DNA of 64,000 nucleotides from Actinomycetes bacterium (GCA_023393755.1 JAEXCA010000108.1:9198-73197); one strand, 5' to 3'. Positions 41,059 through 50,787 are shown, counted from the first letter of the stretch. The notes: generated by a model from the sequence alone, not told the origin. Translations and numbers: made by a program.

Positions 41059-43140
41059 GTGGCAGCATCGAAGACCCCTCGTCGGTCCCCCCAGCCCCGT
41101 CAGCCGTCGCCGCAGCCGGCACCGGCGAAGCCGGAACCGCAGCCGCTGGAACTCACCGGAGTGGGGCCGCAGGTTCCCGCCCTGCCCCGCGGGTTCGGCC
41201 GGATCCCGGTGGCCAAGGTCGAACCGGTGATCGAGGGCGGCGCCTACCCGGCCAAGGCGACGGTGGGCGAGCTGATCCCGATCCGCGCCAAGGTGTTCCG
41301 GGAGGGCCACGACGCGGTGAACGCCTCGGTGGTTCTGACCGACCCGAAGGGCCGCGAGACCCGGGTCGACATGACGCCCATGGAGCCCCGCGGGCTGGAT
41401 CCGTGGGAGGCGTGGGTGCGTCCCGATGCCGAGGGCGCCTGGACCTTCCGCGTCGAGGGCTGGTCGGATCCCTGGCACACCTGGCTGCACAACGCCGAGG
41501 CGAAGCTGCCGGCCGGGGTCGACGTCGAACTGGTCTGCCTGGAGGGCAGGACCCTGCTCGACCAGACCGCCGAGCTGGCCGAGGCCGCCGGTGATCCGGT
41601 GCAGGCGTCCATTCTGCGGGCGACCGCCATGCTGCTGATCCCGGAGCGTCCGGTGGACGAGCTGCTCGAGGTCGCCACCGCGGCCGGGATCAAGCACACC
41701 ATGGAGAAGTACGGCCCGCGCGAGCTGGTCTCCCCCACCGCCGACTTCCCGCTGTTCGTGGACCGCAGGCGGGCGCTGTTCGGTAGCTGGTACGAGTTCT
41801 TCCCGCGCTCCATCGGCGCCCACCGCGACGACGCCGGCCAGTGGCATTCCGGCAGCTTCGACAGCTGCCACGAACGCCTCGAACAGGTCGCGGCGATGGG
41901 TTTCGACGTGGTCTACCTGCCGCCGATCCACCCGATCGGCACCGCCTTCCGGAAGGGGAAGAACAACACCCTCACCCCGGGTCCGGAGGATCCCGGCTCA
42001 CCGTGGGCGATCGGCGCCCCCGAGGGCGGCCACGACGCCATCCACCCCGACCTGGGCGACTTCGACGCCTTCGACAGGTTCGTCGCCAGGGCCAACGAAC
42101 TCGGCCTGGAGGTGGCGCTCGACTTCGCGCTGCAGGCCTCCCCCGACCACCCCTGGGTGAAGGACCACCCGGAGTGGTTCACCACCCGGCTGGACGGCAC
42201 CATCGCCTACGCCGAGAACCCGCCGAAGAAGTACCAGGACATCTACCCGATCAACTTCGACAACGATCCGGTGGGGATCTACCACGAGGTGCTGCGGATC
42301 CTGCGGCTGTGGATGTCCCACGGGGTGCGGATCTTCCGGGTGGACAACCCGCACACCAAGCCGCTGGACTTCTGGGCCTGGGTGATGAAGGAGATCCGGG
42401 CCACCGACCCCGACGTGATCTTCCTGGCAGAGGCGTTCACCAAACCGGAGATGATGCACGCGCTGGGCAAGATCGGCTACCACCAGTCCTACACCTACTT
42501 CACCTGGCGCAACGAGAAGTGGGAGCTCGAGGAGTACCTGACCGAACTCAGCCGGGAGATGGACTCCTTCTACCGGCCCAACTTCTTCGTCAACACCCCC
42601 GACATCAACCCGACCTACCTGCAGTCCGGCAACCCCGCCGCGTTCACCATCCGGGCGGTGCTGGCGGCCACCGGCTCACCCACCTGGGGGGTCTACTCCG
42701 GCTACGAGTTGTTCGAGCACGAGCCGCTGAAGCCCGGCGGCGAGGAGTACCGCGACTCGGAGAAGTACGAGTACCGGCCGCGCGACCACACCGCCGAACC
42801 CAACCTGAACCTGCTGCTGGGCACGCTCAACCAGATCCGGCGGGATCACCCGGCGCTGCAGCAGCTGCGGCAGATCACCTTCCACCACGCACCGCACGAT
42901 CAGGTGATCGCCTACTCCAAGACCGACGGCGACGACACCGTGATCACGATCTGCAGCCTCGACCAGTACGGCATGGTCGAGAGCGACGTCTACCTCGATC
43001 TCGCGGCCCTCGGCCTGCCCGGACGCTCCGAGGTCCGGCTGCGGGACGAGCTGACCGGTGCCACCTTCACCTGGGGCGAACGCAACTACGTCCGGCTGTC
43101 GCCGGCCAGTCCGGCGCACATCCTGCACGTCCTGGGCTGA
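41059..43140 (+). CDS. glgE: alpha-1,4-glucan:maltose-1-phosphate maltosyltransferase
   Basis: FGRIPVAKVEPVIEGGAYPAKA, GFDVVYLPPIHPIG, RVDNPHTKP and FLAEAFT are present. GTG start, which is uncertain. Confidence 0.92.
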   Translation: MAASKTPRRSPQPRQPSPQPAPAKPEPQPLELTGVGPQVPALPRGFGRIPVAKVEPVIEGGAYPAKATVGELIPIRAKVFREGHDAVNASVVLTDPKGRETRVDMTPMEPRGLDPWEAWVRPDAEGAWTFRVEGWSDPWHTWLHNAEAKLPAGVDVELVCLEGRTLLDQTAELAEAAGDPVQASILRATAMLLIPERPVDELLEVATAAGIKHTMEKYGPRELVSPTADFPLFVDRRRALFGSWYEFFPRSIGAHRDDAGQWHSGSFDSCHERLEQVAAMGFDVVYLPPIHPIGTAFRKGKNNTLTPGPEDPGSPWAIGAPEGGHDAIHPDLGDFDAFDRFVARANELGLEVALDFALQASPDHPWVKDHPEWFTTRLDGTIAYAENPPKKYQDIYPINFDNDPVGIYHEVLRILRLWMSHGVRIFRVDNPHTKPLDFWAWVMKEIRATDPDVIFLAEAFTKPEMMHALGKIGYHQSYTYFTWRNEKWELEEYLTELSREMDSFYRPNFFVNTPDINPTYLQSGNPAAFTIRAVLAATGSPTWGVYSGYELFEHEPLKPGGEEYRDSEKYEYRPRDHTAEPNLNLLLGTLNQIRRDHPALQQLRQITFHHAPHDQVIAYSKTDGDDTVITICSLDQYGMVESDVYLDLAALGLPGRSEVRLRDELTGATFTWGERNYVRLSPASPAHILHVLG

Positions 43141-44363
43141 TGTCCGTGGGCTGGCCGGAGTACCTCCGGCGGGCGCGGTGGTTCCGGATCGGCGACGAGG
43201 ACCGGCTGATCGGGATCGAGCCGCTCGGCTGGTACACCCCGCCGGGTGCGCTGCCCGCCGTCCGCTCGGAACTGGCCGGCCTCGAGCCGGACGGAGCGGA
43301 CGCCTACCACCTGCTGGCGGGCTACCTGCCGCCGGGCACCGCCGAGCCCGAAGCGCTGATCGGGACCACGCAGCTCGCCGGGCTGGGCCCGGTGGACGTG
43401 GTGGACGCCGCCGCCTCCCCCACCGCCATGACGGCCCTGCTGGACGCGCTGCTGACACCGTCCGCCATGAGCTGGCGCCGGCACCCGTCAAGGCTTCGGC
43501 CGGTGCGGTTGCTGGGAGCCGAGCAGAGCAACTCGGCGGTGGTCGCCGGCGACTCGCTGATCAAGGTCTTCCGCCGGCTCAGCCCGGGCCCCAACCCCGA
43601 CCCGGAGTTGCTCGCCGCCCTCGCCGGCGGGCCGGTGCCCGCGCTGCACGGGGTGCTCAGCCGGGCCGGCTACGACCTGCTGGTCGCCACCGAGTTCCTG
43701 CCCGATGCCCGCGACGGCTGGGAGTTCGCCACCGCGGCCTGCGCCGCCGGTCGCCGGATCGACGACGAGGTGGGCGAGCTGGGGGTCGCCCTGCGCCGGG
43801 TGCACGACCGGCTGGCCGCGGCCTTCGGCACGCGCCGCGGCTCGGCGGCACAGTTGCGGCGGCGGCTGCTCGCCGACCTCGACCGGGCGGTGGCGGAGCT
43901 TCCGGTGCTGGCCCCGCACCGCGCCGGGCTGGCGTCCGCCCTGGCGTCCCTCCCGGACGGCGGGATGGTCACCCAGCGGGTGCACGGCGACTTCCATCTC
44001 GGCCAGGCGCTGCTCACCGGCAACGGCTGGCGGCTGATCGACTTCGAGGGCGAGCCCGGGGCGCCGATCGCCGAGCGCCGGGCGTACGACTCGCCCTGGC
44101 GCGACGTCGCCGGCCTGTTGCGGTCGCTGGACTACGCCCGCTCGGGCCACAGCGACCCGGACGGCCGGCAGGCCATCGACTGGCGCGACCGGGCCCGCGC
44201 CGCCTTCCTGGCTGGCTACGGCGAGGATCCGGCGACTTTCGGGCTGTTGACCGCCCACGAAGTGGCCCGGATGGTGTACGAAGTGGGGTACGAGGTCCGG
44301 AATCGTCCCGACTGGGTAGGCATTCCGCTCTCCGCGGTCGAGAATGTGGCAACCAGGCACTAG
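43140..44363 (+). CDS. mak: maltokinase (Mak/Pep2), stand-alone
   Basis: The ATG at 43140 overlaps the glgE stop (TGATG). AEQSNSAV, VHGDFHLGQ and IDFEGEP are present. Confidence 0.88.
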   Translation: MSVGWPEYLRRARWFRIGDEDRLIGIEPLGWYTPPGALPAVRSELAGLEPDGADAYHLLAGYLPPGTAEPEALIGTTQLAGLGPVDVVDAAASPTAMTALLDALLTPSAMSWRRHPSRLRPVRLLGAEQSNSAVVAGDSLIKVFRRLSPGPNPDPELLAALAGGPVPALHGVLSRAGYDLLVATEFLPDARDGWEFATAACAAGRRIDDEVGELGVALRRVHDRLAAAFGTRRGSAAQLRRRLLADLDRAVAELPVLAPHRAGLASALASLPDGGMVTQRVHGDFHLGQALLTGNGWRLIDFEGEPGAPIAERRAYDSPWRDVAGLLRSLDYARSGHSDPDGRQAIDWRDRARAAFLAGYGEDPATFGLLTAHEVARMVYEVGYEVRNRPDWVGIPLSAVENVATRH

Positions 44364-44372
44364 GAGAATCCA

Positions 44373-46268
44373 ATGGCATATGACGTGAACGGCGGCCTGA
44401 CCGGTTGGGATCTGGAGGGCTTCCACAACGGTGGTGACACCGAGTGCTGGCGCCGGCTGGGCGCCCATCAGGTCACCCTGATCGACGACGAGCGGGGCGA
44501 GATCCAGGGCACCCGGTTCGCGGTCTGGGCGCCCAACGCCGCCGAGGTGCGGCTGAACGCCGACTTCAACTGGTGGACCGGCGACGCGATGCACCTGGTG
44601 CCGGGCTCGGGGGTGTGGTCGCTGTTCGTCGAGGGCGTCGACGAGGGCGCGCTGTACAAGTTCAACATCCTGGGCCGCGACGGCATCTGGCGGGAGAAGG
44701 TCGATCCGATGGCCTTCTTCGCCGAGCAGGCGCCGGCGAACTCCTCGATCGTCTACCGGAGCCGGTACCTGTGGGCCGACGACGAGTGGATGGCGAAGCG
44801 GGCCACGGCGGCACCCCACCGCGAGCCGATGAGCATCTACGAGGTGCACCTGGGCAGCTGGCGCAAGGGCAAGACCTACCTGGAACTGGCCGAGGAGCTG
44901 GTCGAGTACGTCAGCTGGCAGGGCTTCACCCACGTCGAGCTCATGCCGGTCACCGAGCACCCCTTCGAGGGCTCCTGGGGCTACCAGGTGACCAACTACT
45001 TCGCCCCGCAGTCGCGGCTGGGCCGGCCGGACGAGTTCCGCTACCTGGTCGACCGGCTGCACCAGGCCGGCATCGGCGTCATCCTCGACTGGGTGCCGGG
45101 CCACTTCCCCAAGGACGAGTGGGCGCTGGGACGGTTCGACGGCACCGCCCTGTACGAGCATGCCGACCCGCGGCAGGGCGAGCACAAGGACTGGGGCACC
45201 TACATCTTCAACTACGGCCGCAACGAGGTGAAGTCCTTCCTGGTCAGCAACGCGCTGTACTGGGTGACCGAGTTCCACATCGACGCGCTGCGGGTGGACG
45301 CGGTGGCGTCCATGCTCTACCTGGACTACTCCCGCGAGGACGGCGAGTGGGTGCCGAACGTCCACGGCGGCAACGAGAACCTGGAGGCGATCGACTTCCT
45401 CCGCTACGTCAACAAGCACCTGTACGAGCGGGTGCCGGGCGTGGTGATGATCGCCGAGGAGTCGACCTCCTTCGGCGGCGTGACCAAGCCGGTGCATGAG
45501 GGCGGGCTGGGCTTCGGCTTCAAGTGGAACATGGGCTGGATGAACGACTCGCTGCGCTACCTGGCGCTGGAGCCGATCTACCGGCAGTACCACCACCACG
45601 AGATGACCTTCGCGATGGTGTACGCGTACTCGGAGAACTTCGTCCTGCCGATCAGCCACGACGAGGTGGTGCACGGCAAGGGCTCGATGATCAACAAGAT
45701 CCCGCAGGACACCTGGCGGCAGTTCGCCACGCTGCGCGCGTTCTACTCGTTCATGTGGGCGTTCCCGGGCAAGCAGTTGCTGTTCATGGGTTGTGAGTTC
45801 GGCCAGCGCACCGAGTTCAACGAGGCGACCAGCCTGGAGTGGTGGGTCAGCGACCTGTGGGGTCACCACGGCCTGCAGCGGATGATCAAGGACCTCAACG
45901 CGATCTACACCACCCATCCCGAGCTGTGGGAACTGGACACCGATCCGGAGGGCTTCCGGTGGATCAACGCCGACGACGCCGGCGGCAACACCTACTCCTG
46001 GCTGCGCACCGATTCGACCGGACGCCAGCTCGCGGTGGTGGTCAACTTCTCCTCCGAGCCGTGGGACAACTACCGGCTCGGACTGCCCGCCACCGGGGTG
46101 TGGAAAGAGATCTTCAACTCCGACTCCGAGATCTACGACGGCTCCGGCACCCACGGCAACCTCGGTCAGGTGGTGGCCACCGACGAGGGACACGACGGGC
46201 TGCCCGCCAGCGCTCAGGTGGTGGTGCCGCCCCTGGGTGCGGTCTTCCTGGAGTACGCCGGCGACTAA
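44373..46268 (+). CDS. glgB: 1,4-alpha-glucan branching enzyme (631 aa, short N-terminus)
   Basis: The ATG is preceded by AGGAGAA. GH13 motifs are present (DWVPGHF, LRVDAV, AEESTSF, ISHDEVVHGK). Confidence 0.93.
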   Translation: MAYDVNGGLTGWDLEGFHNGGDTECWRRLGAHQVTLIDDERGEIQGTRFAVWAPNAAEVRLNADFNWWTGDAMHLVPGSGVWSLFVEGVDEGALYKFNILGRDGIWREKVDPMAFFAEQAPANSSIVYRSRYLWADDEWMAKRATAAPHREPMSIYEVHLGSWRKGKTYLELAEELVEYVSWQGFTHVELMPVTEHPFEGSWGYQVTNYFAPQSRLGRPDEFRYLVDRLHQAGIGVILDWVPGHFPKDEWALGRFDGTALYEHADPRQGEHKDWGTYIFNYGRNEVKSFLVSNALYWVTEFHIDALRVDAVASMLYLDYSREDGEWVPNVHGGNENLEAIDFLRYVNKHLYERVPGVVMIAEESTSFGGVTKPVHEGGLGFGFKWNMGWMNDSLRYLALEPIYRQYHHHEMTFAMVYAYSENFVLPISHDEVVHGKGSMINKIPQDTWRQFATLRAFYSFMWAFPGKQLLFMGCEFGQRTEFNEATSLEWWVSDLWGHHGLQRMIKDLNAIYTTHPELWELDTDPEGFRWINADDAGGNTYSWLRTDSTGRQLAVVVNFSSEPWDNYRLGLPATGVWKEIFNSDSEIYDGSGTHGNLGQVVATDEGHDGLPASAQVVVPPLGAVFLEYAGD

Positions 46269-46284
46269 CTGACCCGGTCCGGCG

Positions 46285-46447
46285 TCAGAACAGGGCGCTC
46301 ATCAGGTCGCGACGGGCCTTCAGCACGGCCGGATCGGAGTTTCCGACGGTCTCGAACAACTCCAGCAGCCGTAGCCGCACGGTTTCGCGCTCCGCGCCGG
46401 AGGTGTTGCAGATCAGCTCCAGCAGCCGGTTGAGGCCCGCTTGGCTG
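46285..46447 (-). pseudogene. C-terminal fragment (about 54 codons) of a YbbN-like gene, diverged copy
   Basis: Translates ...VRLRLLELFETVGNSDPAVLKARRDLMSALF*. By eye it is about 80% identical at DNA level to 47707-47875. Confidence 0.8.
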
Positions 46448-46627
46448 GGACAACCACCAGATCGGCCTTCCCGCCGCCGGGGTGTGGAAGGAGATCTTCA
46501 AGACTCCGACTTTGAGGGCCTACGACGGCTCCGGCACCCGCGGCCAAGGCGCTGGCGGTCGTCCAAGGGCACAACGGCCTGCCCGCCAGCGCTCAGGTCG
46601 TGGTGCCGTCAGGGCCGCGCTGTGTAG
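46448..46627 (+). pseudogene. 3'-end fragment of a glgB-like gene, diverged and frameshifted
   Basis: WDNHQIGLPAAGVWKEIF...YDGSGT aligns with glgB 46062 onward, after which frame is lost. Confidence 0.8.
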
Positions 46628-46710
46628 TTCGGACCTGATCGGGGCTTCGGCCCAAAGCTCAAGACAGCGTGGGCGCTCGCAACCCTGGCCGTTTGCTCGG
46701 AAGCGCGCGT

Positions 46711-47277
46711 ATGGAACTTCTCCCCGTGACTACGGCCGAAGCCAGTTACTTGACGACCGAGCAAGCAGAGTTCTACGAGCTGGCATTCGGCCACACGCCG
46801 ACCTTTGAGGAGCATCAGGAGTATGTCCGCGTGTTCGGGAAGGTTCCGAGCCCGTCCGACTTCCGAGCCTATTTGGCTTCGTCCGAAGCTGAAAGTAGAT
46901 ACCTCGAACAGCAGCGCGACGCTAGCTCGGAGACAGGGGAGCGGGGCAGTCTGGAGCCGATGGCGGTCTGGTCACACAAGTTCTTCGAGTATGGAAAGTG
47001 GATCGGAAGAGATGTCTGGTCGCTGTCTCTGATGCCCAAGCAGGCAATCCTCGGTGGATCCGCATGGGAGAAGGCGGTCAACTTGCAGGAGGGCTGGAAG
47101 GCCGTCTATAAGAAGTTCAAGGGCAGCCGCCATTGGACGCGGTACAAGAGCCAAGGCGCGGACGAGAGCATGGAGAAGCAGTACTACTGCCATGGCATGT
47201 ATGGAATGATCAAGACTCCGTGGAGCCTTGAGCCGTCCAGGAAGCCTGCTGACGTCAGCAGTGTGACCTGCGATTGA
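46711..47277 (+). CDS. hypothetical protein with DUF2599-like C-terminal half; no signal peptide
   Basis: ATG at 46711 within ORF 46669..47277. SLSLMPK...SMEKQYYCHGMYGMIKTPWSLEPSRKP...C resembles the DUF2599 pattern. The DNA is AT-richer. Confidence 0.65.
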   Translation: MELLPVTTAEASYLTTEQAEFYELAFGHTPTFEEHQEYVRVFGKVPSPSDFRAYLASSEAESRYLEQQRDASSETGERGSLEPMAVWSHKFFEYGKWIGRDVWSLSLMPKQAILGGSAWEKAVNLQEGWKAVYKKFKGSRHWTRYKSQGADESMEKQYYCHGMYGMIKTPWSLEPSRKPADVSSVTCD

Positions 47278-47292
47278 GGGAGCCTCCCTGCC

Positions 47293-47655
47293 ATGACTGT
47301 GCTGGAGTTGGCGATCGTACTCTGCGGCGCGCTTGCCGTAGTGATTGGGTTGGCTCTGCTGACGTTTTCCGGCCTTCGTCTACGTAAACGGTCTCGGTTC
47401 ACCGCGGCCGGGGTGACCCTCAATGTGGCGTTGTGCTTGGTTGTGCCTGCACTCGGGATTCTCCTGCCACGGCACCTTCTTGCCAGCTACAGCAATCTGC
47501 TGGATATCGATGTGCGGGACTTCTTTGCCCAGTCCGCATCATCGTTCGAGGTGTTCGTGTGGACGCTCTTCTTCCTGACTGGCGCGGCGCTGGTGGTGAA
47601 CCTCCTTCACCAGACGGCTCGTGGCGCGCCACGCAGTGGCAGCCAAACGACGTGA
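47293..47655 (+). CDS. small integral membrane protein (3 predicted TM helices)
   Basis: The ATG is preceded by GAGGGAG. Hydrophobic segments are VLELAIVLCGALAVVIGLALL, VALCLVVPALGILL and VFVWTLFFLTGAALVV. Confidence 0.65.
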   Translation: MTVLELAIVLCGALAVVIGLALLTFSGLRLRKRSRFTAAGVTLNVALCLVVPALGILLPRHLLASYSNLLDIDVRDFFAQSASSFEVFVWTLFFLTGAALVVNLLHQTARGAPRSGSQTT

Positions 47656-47706
47656 CCCTGGACGGAGGTGGACTGGCACGACGCCTCCGGACACCGTTCA
47701 TCGGCC

Positions 47707-48561
47707 TCAGAACAAGGCGCTCATCAGGTCGCGGCGGGCCTTCAGCACGGCCGGATCGGAGCTACCGACGGTCTCGAAGAGCTCCAGCAGCCGCAGCCGG
47801 ACTGTGTCGCGGTCAGCGCGCGTGGTGTTGCGGATGAGTTCCAGCAGTCGGTTGAAAGCCTGCTGGGTGGCACCGCCCATCAGCTCGGTGTCGGCGGCGG
47901 CCAACTGGGCCTCTACATCCGTAGGGCGGGCGGCGGCCTCGGCCAGCGCGGTGGCCGGGTCGAGGGCGCTCGCCCGCTGCAGCAGAGACGCCTGGGCGCG
48001 GCCAGCCTTCGCCTCGGGATCGTTGGGTGTCTGGGCGAGCACCTTGTCGAACTCGGCCACCGCCTGGGCGAAGTCGCCCGCCGACAGCGCCTCGTCCGCC
48101 GCGGCGAACCGGGGATCCGGTCCCGCGTCGGCGTCGATGCTCACCGGCTCTGCGATGCCCACCACCCCGGCACTGGCAGCAGCCTGCAGCAGCTGGTTCA
48201 CGATGGCCTCGACCTCGGCCCTGGGACGGGTGCCCTGGAACAGCGGGGCTAGTTGACCGCCCACCACCCCGATCACCGTCGGGACTGCCTGGACGCCGAA
48301 GGCGGCGGCGATCTGCGGCACCACGTCCACGTTCACGCGCGCCAGCAGGTACCGTCCGCCAGCCGCGTTGGCCAGCGTAATCAGATCGTCGGAGAGCGCT
48401 TGGGCGTTGGCCCGGGGCGAGTAGAGCTCCACCACCACGGGATGCTTGGCCGAGAGCTGGATCGTCGCCTCGAGGGTCGTCTCGTCCACGTCCAGCACAT
48501 AGCTGGCCCCGGGCGGGGGCGGCGGCGCCTTCGCGGCGGCGGCGATCCCGGAGAGATCCAT
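47707..48561 (-). CDS. thioredoxin-domain/TPR co-chaperone (YbbN-like)
   Basis: ATG at 48561 (MDLSGIAAAAK). A thioredoxin-like N-terminal domain lacking CxxC is followed by a TPR-like C-terminal half. Confidence 0.8.
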   Translation of the reverse strand: MDLSGIAAAAKAPPPPPGASYVLDVDETTLEATIQLSAKHPVVVELYSPRANAQALSDDLITLANAAGGRYLLARVNVDVVPQIAAAFGVQAVPTVIGVVGGQLAPLFQGTRPRAEVEAIVNQLLQAAASAGVVGIAEPVSIDADAGPDPRFAAADEALSAGDFAQAVAEFDKVLAQTPNDPEAKAGRAQASLLQRASALDPATALAEAAARPTDVEAQLAAADTELMGGATQQAFNRLLELIRNTTRADRDTVRLRLLELFETVGSSDPAVLKARRDLMSALF

Positions 48562-48646
48562 GGCGCGGGCAGGGTTGAAAGCGGCAGGTGTCACAGCGAG
48601 CCATTCTGCCAGCAGCCCTCGCGCAGACAAACCGGAGCAGGGCAAG

Positions 48647-50284
48647 ATGGCTCCCATGGCTCACGAACGCGCCGGGCAGGTCGCACTGCCCGAGGACCTG
48701 ATCGATGTCGATGCCGTGATCGCGGCGTACTACGACCTCACCCCCGATCCGGACAATCCCGACCAGCAGGTGGTGTTCGGCACCTCCGGCCATCGTGGTT
48801 CCAGCCTGGACACCGCCTTCAACGACGCCCACATCGCCGCCACCACCCAGGCGATCGTCGAGTACCGCGCCGCCCAGGGGGTGGACGGCCCGCTGTTCAT
48901 CGGCAAGGACACCCACGGCCTCTCCGGCCCGGCCTGGCGCACCGCCATCGAGGTGCTGCACGCCCACGGCGTGGACGTCCGCGCGGAGCGGGACGAGGAC
49001 TTCACCCCCACGCCGTCGGTCTCCCGGGCGATCATCGTCCACAACCGCGACCACTCCGGTCCGCGGGCGGACGGCATCGTGGTCACCCCCTCGCACAACC
49101 CGCCCCGCGACGGCGGCTTCAAGTACAACCCGCCGCACGGCGGCCCGGCCGACACCGACGCCACCGGCTGGATCGCCGGCCGCGCCAACGAACTGCTCCG
49201 CAACCCGAGCGCGATCAAGCGCACGCCCTACGAGCGCGCTTCTGGCGATGTGACCCGGGTCGACTACCTCGGCGCCTACTGCGAGGACCTGCGCAATGCC
49301 CTGAACCTGGACGCGATCGCCTCCGCCGGCGTCCACATCGGCGCCGACCCGCTGGGCGGGGCGTCCGTCCAGTACTGGCAGTACATCGCCGACCGGCTCG
49401 GCATCGACCTCACCGTGATCAACCCGCTGGTCGATCCGGCCTGGCCGTTCATGACCCTGGACTGGGACGGCAAGATCCGGATGGACTGCTCCAGCCCGTA
49501 CGCCATGGCCAGCCTGATCGCCAACCGGGAGAAGTACGACATCTCCACCGGCAACGACGCCGACTCCGACCGGCACGGCATCGTCACCCCGGACGCCGGG
49601 CTGATGAACCCCAACGCCTACCTGGCGGTGGCCATCCAGTACCTGTTCAGCCACCGGCCGAACTGGCGCGCCGATGCCGGGGTGGGCAAGACCCTGGTCT
49701 CGTCCTCGCTGATCGACAAGGTGGCCGCCGATCTCGGCCGCCGCTTGGTCGAGGTGCCGGTCGGCTTCAAGTGGTTCGTCCCAGGCCTGATGAGCGGTGA
49801 CCTGGGTTTCGGGGGCGAGGAGTCCGCCGGGGCGTCCTTCCTGGCGCTGGACGGTTCCACCTGGACCACCGACAAGGACGGCATCCTGCTGGCCCTGCTG
49901 GCCTCGGAGATCAAGGCGGTCACCGGCAAGTCTCCGTCCGAGCTGTACGCCGAACTGGAGGCCAGGCACGGCGCGTCCGCGTACGCTCGGGTGGACGCCC
50001 CGGCGAACCGGGAGCAGAAGGCCAAGCTGGCCAAGCTCTCCCCCAGCGACGTCACCGCCACCGAGCTGGCCGGCGAGCCGATCGTGGCCACCCTGACCAA
50101 CGCCCTGGGCAATGGGGCCGCGATCGGTGGGCTCAAGGTCGCCACCGCGTCGGCCTGGTTCGCCGCCCGTCCGTCCGGCACCGAGGACGTGTACAAGATC
50201 TACGCCGAGTCGCTGAAGGGTCCCGACCACCTCAAGCAGGTGCAGGCCGAGGCCAAGCAGGTGGTCGACGCCGTCCTCGGCTGA
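48647..50284 (+). CDS. pgm: phosphoglucomutase, alpha-D-glucose phosphate-specific
   Basis: MAHERAGQ..FGTSGHRGSS, GIVVTPSHNPP, GNDADSDRHG and GGEESAG are present. ATG candidates are at 48647 and 48656. Confidence 0.93.
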   Translation: MAPMAHERAGQVALPEDLIDVDAVIAAYYDLTPDPDNPDQQVVFGTSGHRGSSLDTAFNDAHIAATTQAIVEYRAAQGVDGPLFIGKDTHGLSGPAWRTAIEVLHAHGVDVRAERDEDFTPTPSVSRAIIVHNRDHSGPRADGIVVTPSHNPPRDGGFKYNPPHGGPADTDATGWIAGRANELLRNPSAIKRTPYERASGDVTRVDYLGAYCEDLRNALNLDAIASAGVHIGADPLGGASVQYWQYIADRLGIDLTVINPLVDPAWPFMTLDWDGKIRMDCSSPYAMASLIANREKYDISTGNDADSDRHGIVTPDAGLMNPNAYLAVAIQYLFSHRPNWRADAGVGKTLVSSSLIDKVAADLGRRLVEVPVGFKWFVPGLMSGDLGFGGEESAGASFLALDGSTWTTDKDGILLALLASEIKAVTGKSPSELYAELEARHGASAYARVDAPANREQKAKLAKLSPSDVTATELAGEPIVATLTNALGNGAAIGGLKVATASAWFAARPSGTEDVYKIYAESLKGPDHLKQVQAEAKQVVDAVLG

Positions 50285-50343
50285 GGCACTGGGTCTTTGT
50301 CGTTCCGGCTTCGGAGAACGGCCGGATGTGGAATGGTTGAACC

Positions 50344-50787
50344 ATGAGTAATGACGATCTCTTCATCTGCATCGACCACGTCGGCTACGCCGTCCACAAC
50401 CTCGACGACGCGATCCAATTCCACACCGAGGTGCTGGGCTGGCGGGTGCTGCACCGCGAGACCAACGAGGAGCAGGGCGTCGAGGAGGCGATGATCGGCA
50501 CCGGTCAGCAGCTGCCCGAGAACGCCCAGGTCCAGCTGCTCGCGCCGCTGAACGAGAACAGCACGATCGCCAAGTGGATCGAGCGCAACGGTGGCAAGGG
50601 CGGCATCCAGCAGGTGGCCTACCGGGTCGCCGACCTCGACAAGGTGTGCGCCACCCTGCGCGAGCGGGGCGTGCGGCTGCTCTACGACGCGCCGAAGATC
50701 GGCACCGGCGGCTCGCGGATCAACTTCGCCCACCCGAAGGACGTCGGCGGCATCCTGCTGGAGCTGGTCGAGCCCGCCGCCCACTGA
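50344..50787 (+). CDS. mce: methylmalonyl-CoA epimerase (VOC family)
   Basis: IDHVGYAV, GGIQQVAY and ILLELVEP are present. Confidence 0.85.
   Translation: MSNDDLFICIDHVGYAVHNLDDAIQFHTEVLGWRVLHRETNEEQGVEEAMIGTGQQLPENAQVQLLAPLNENSTIAKWIERNGGKGGIQQVAYRVADLDKVCATLRERGVRLLYDAPKIGTGGSRINFAHPKDVGGILLELVEPAAH

Noticed and set aside
43488-46193. 901-aa minus-strand ORF. Similar long antisense ORFs are 705..2174+, 3419..5239+, 12662..14827+, 28055..29770+, 32613..34943+, 38561..41122-, 47813..50230- and 51849..53306-.
   Set aside because: Each is antisense to a confidently identified gene (glgB/mak, trpB, trpE, helicase, gatB, ligA, glgX, pgm, AI-2E). None has recognisable motifs, so they are treated as shadow ORFs.
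46482-46808. 108-aa + strand ORF
   Set aside because: It is a chimera. It begins inside the frameshifted glgB stub (MWKEIFKTPTLRAYDGSGT...) and reads out of frame into the cassette, so it is not a gene.
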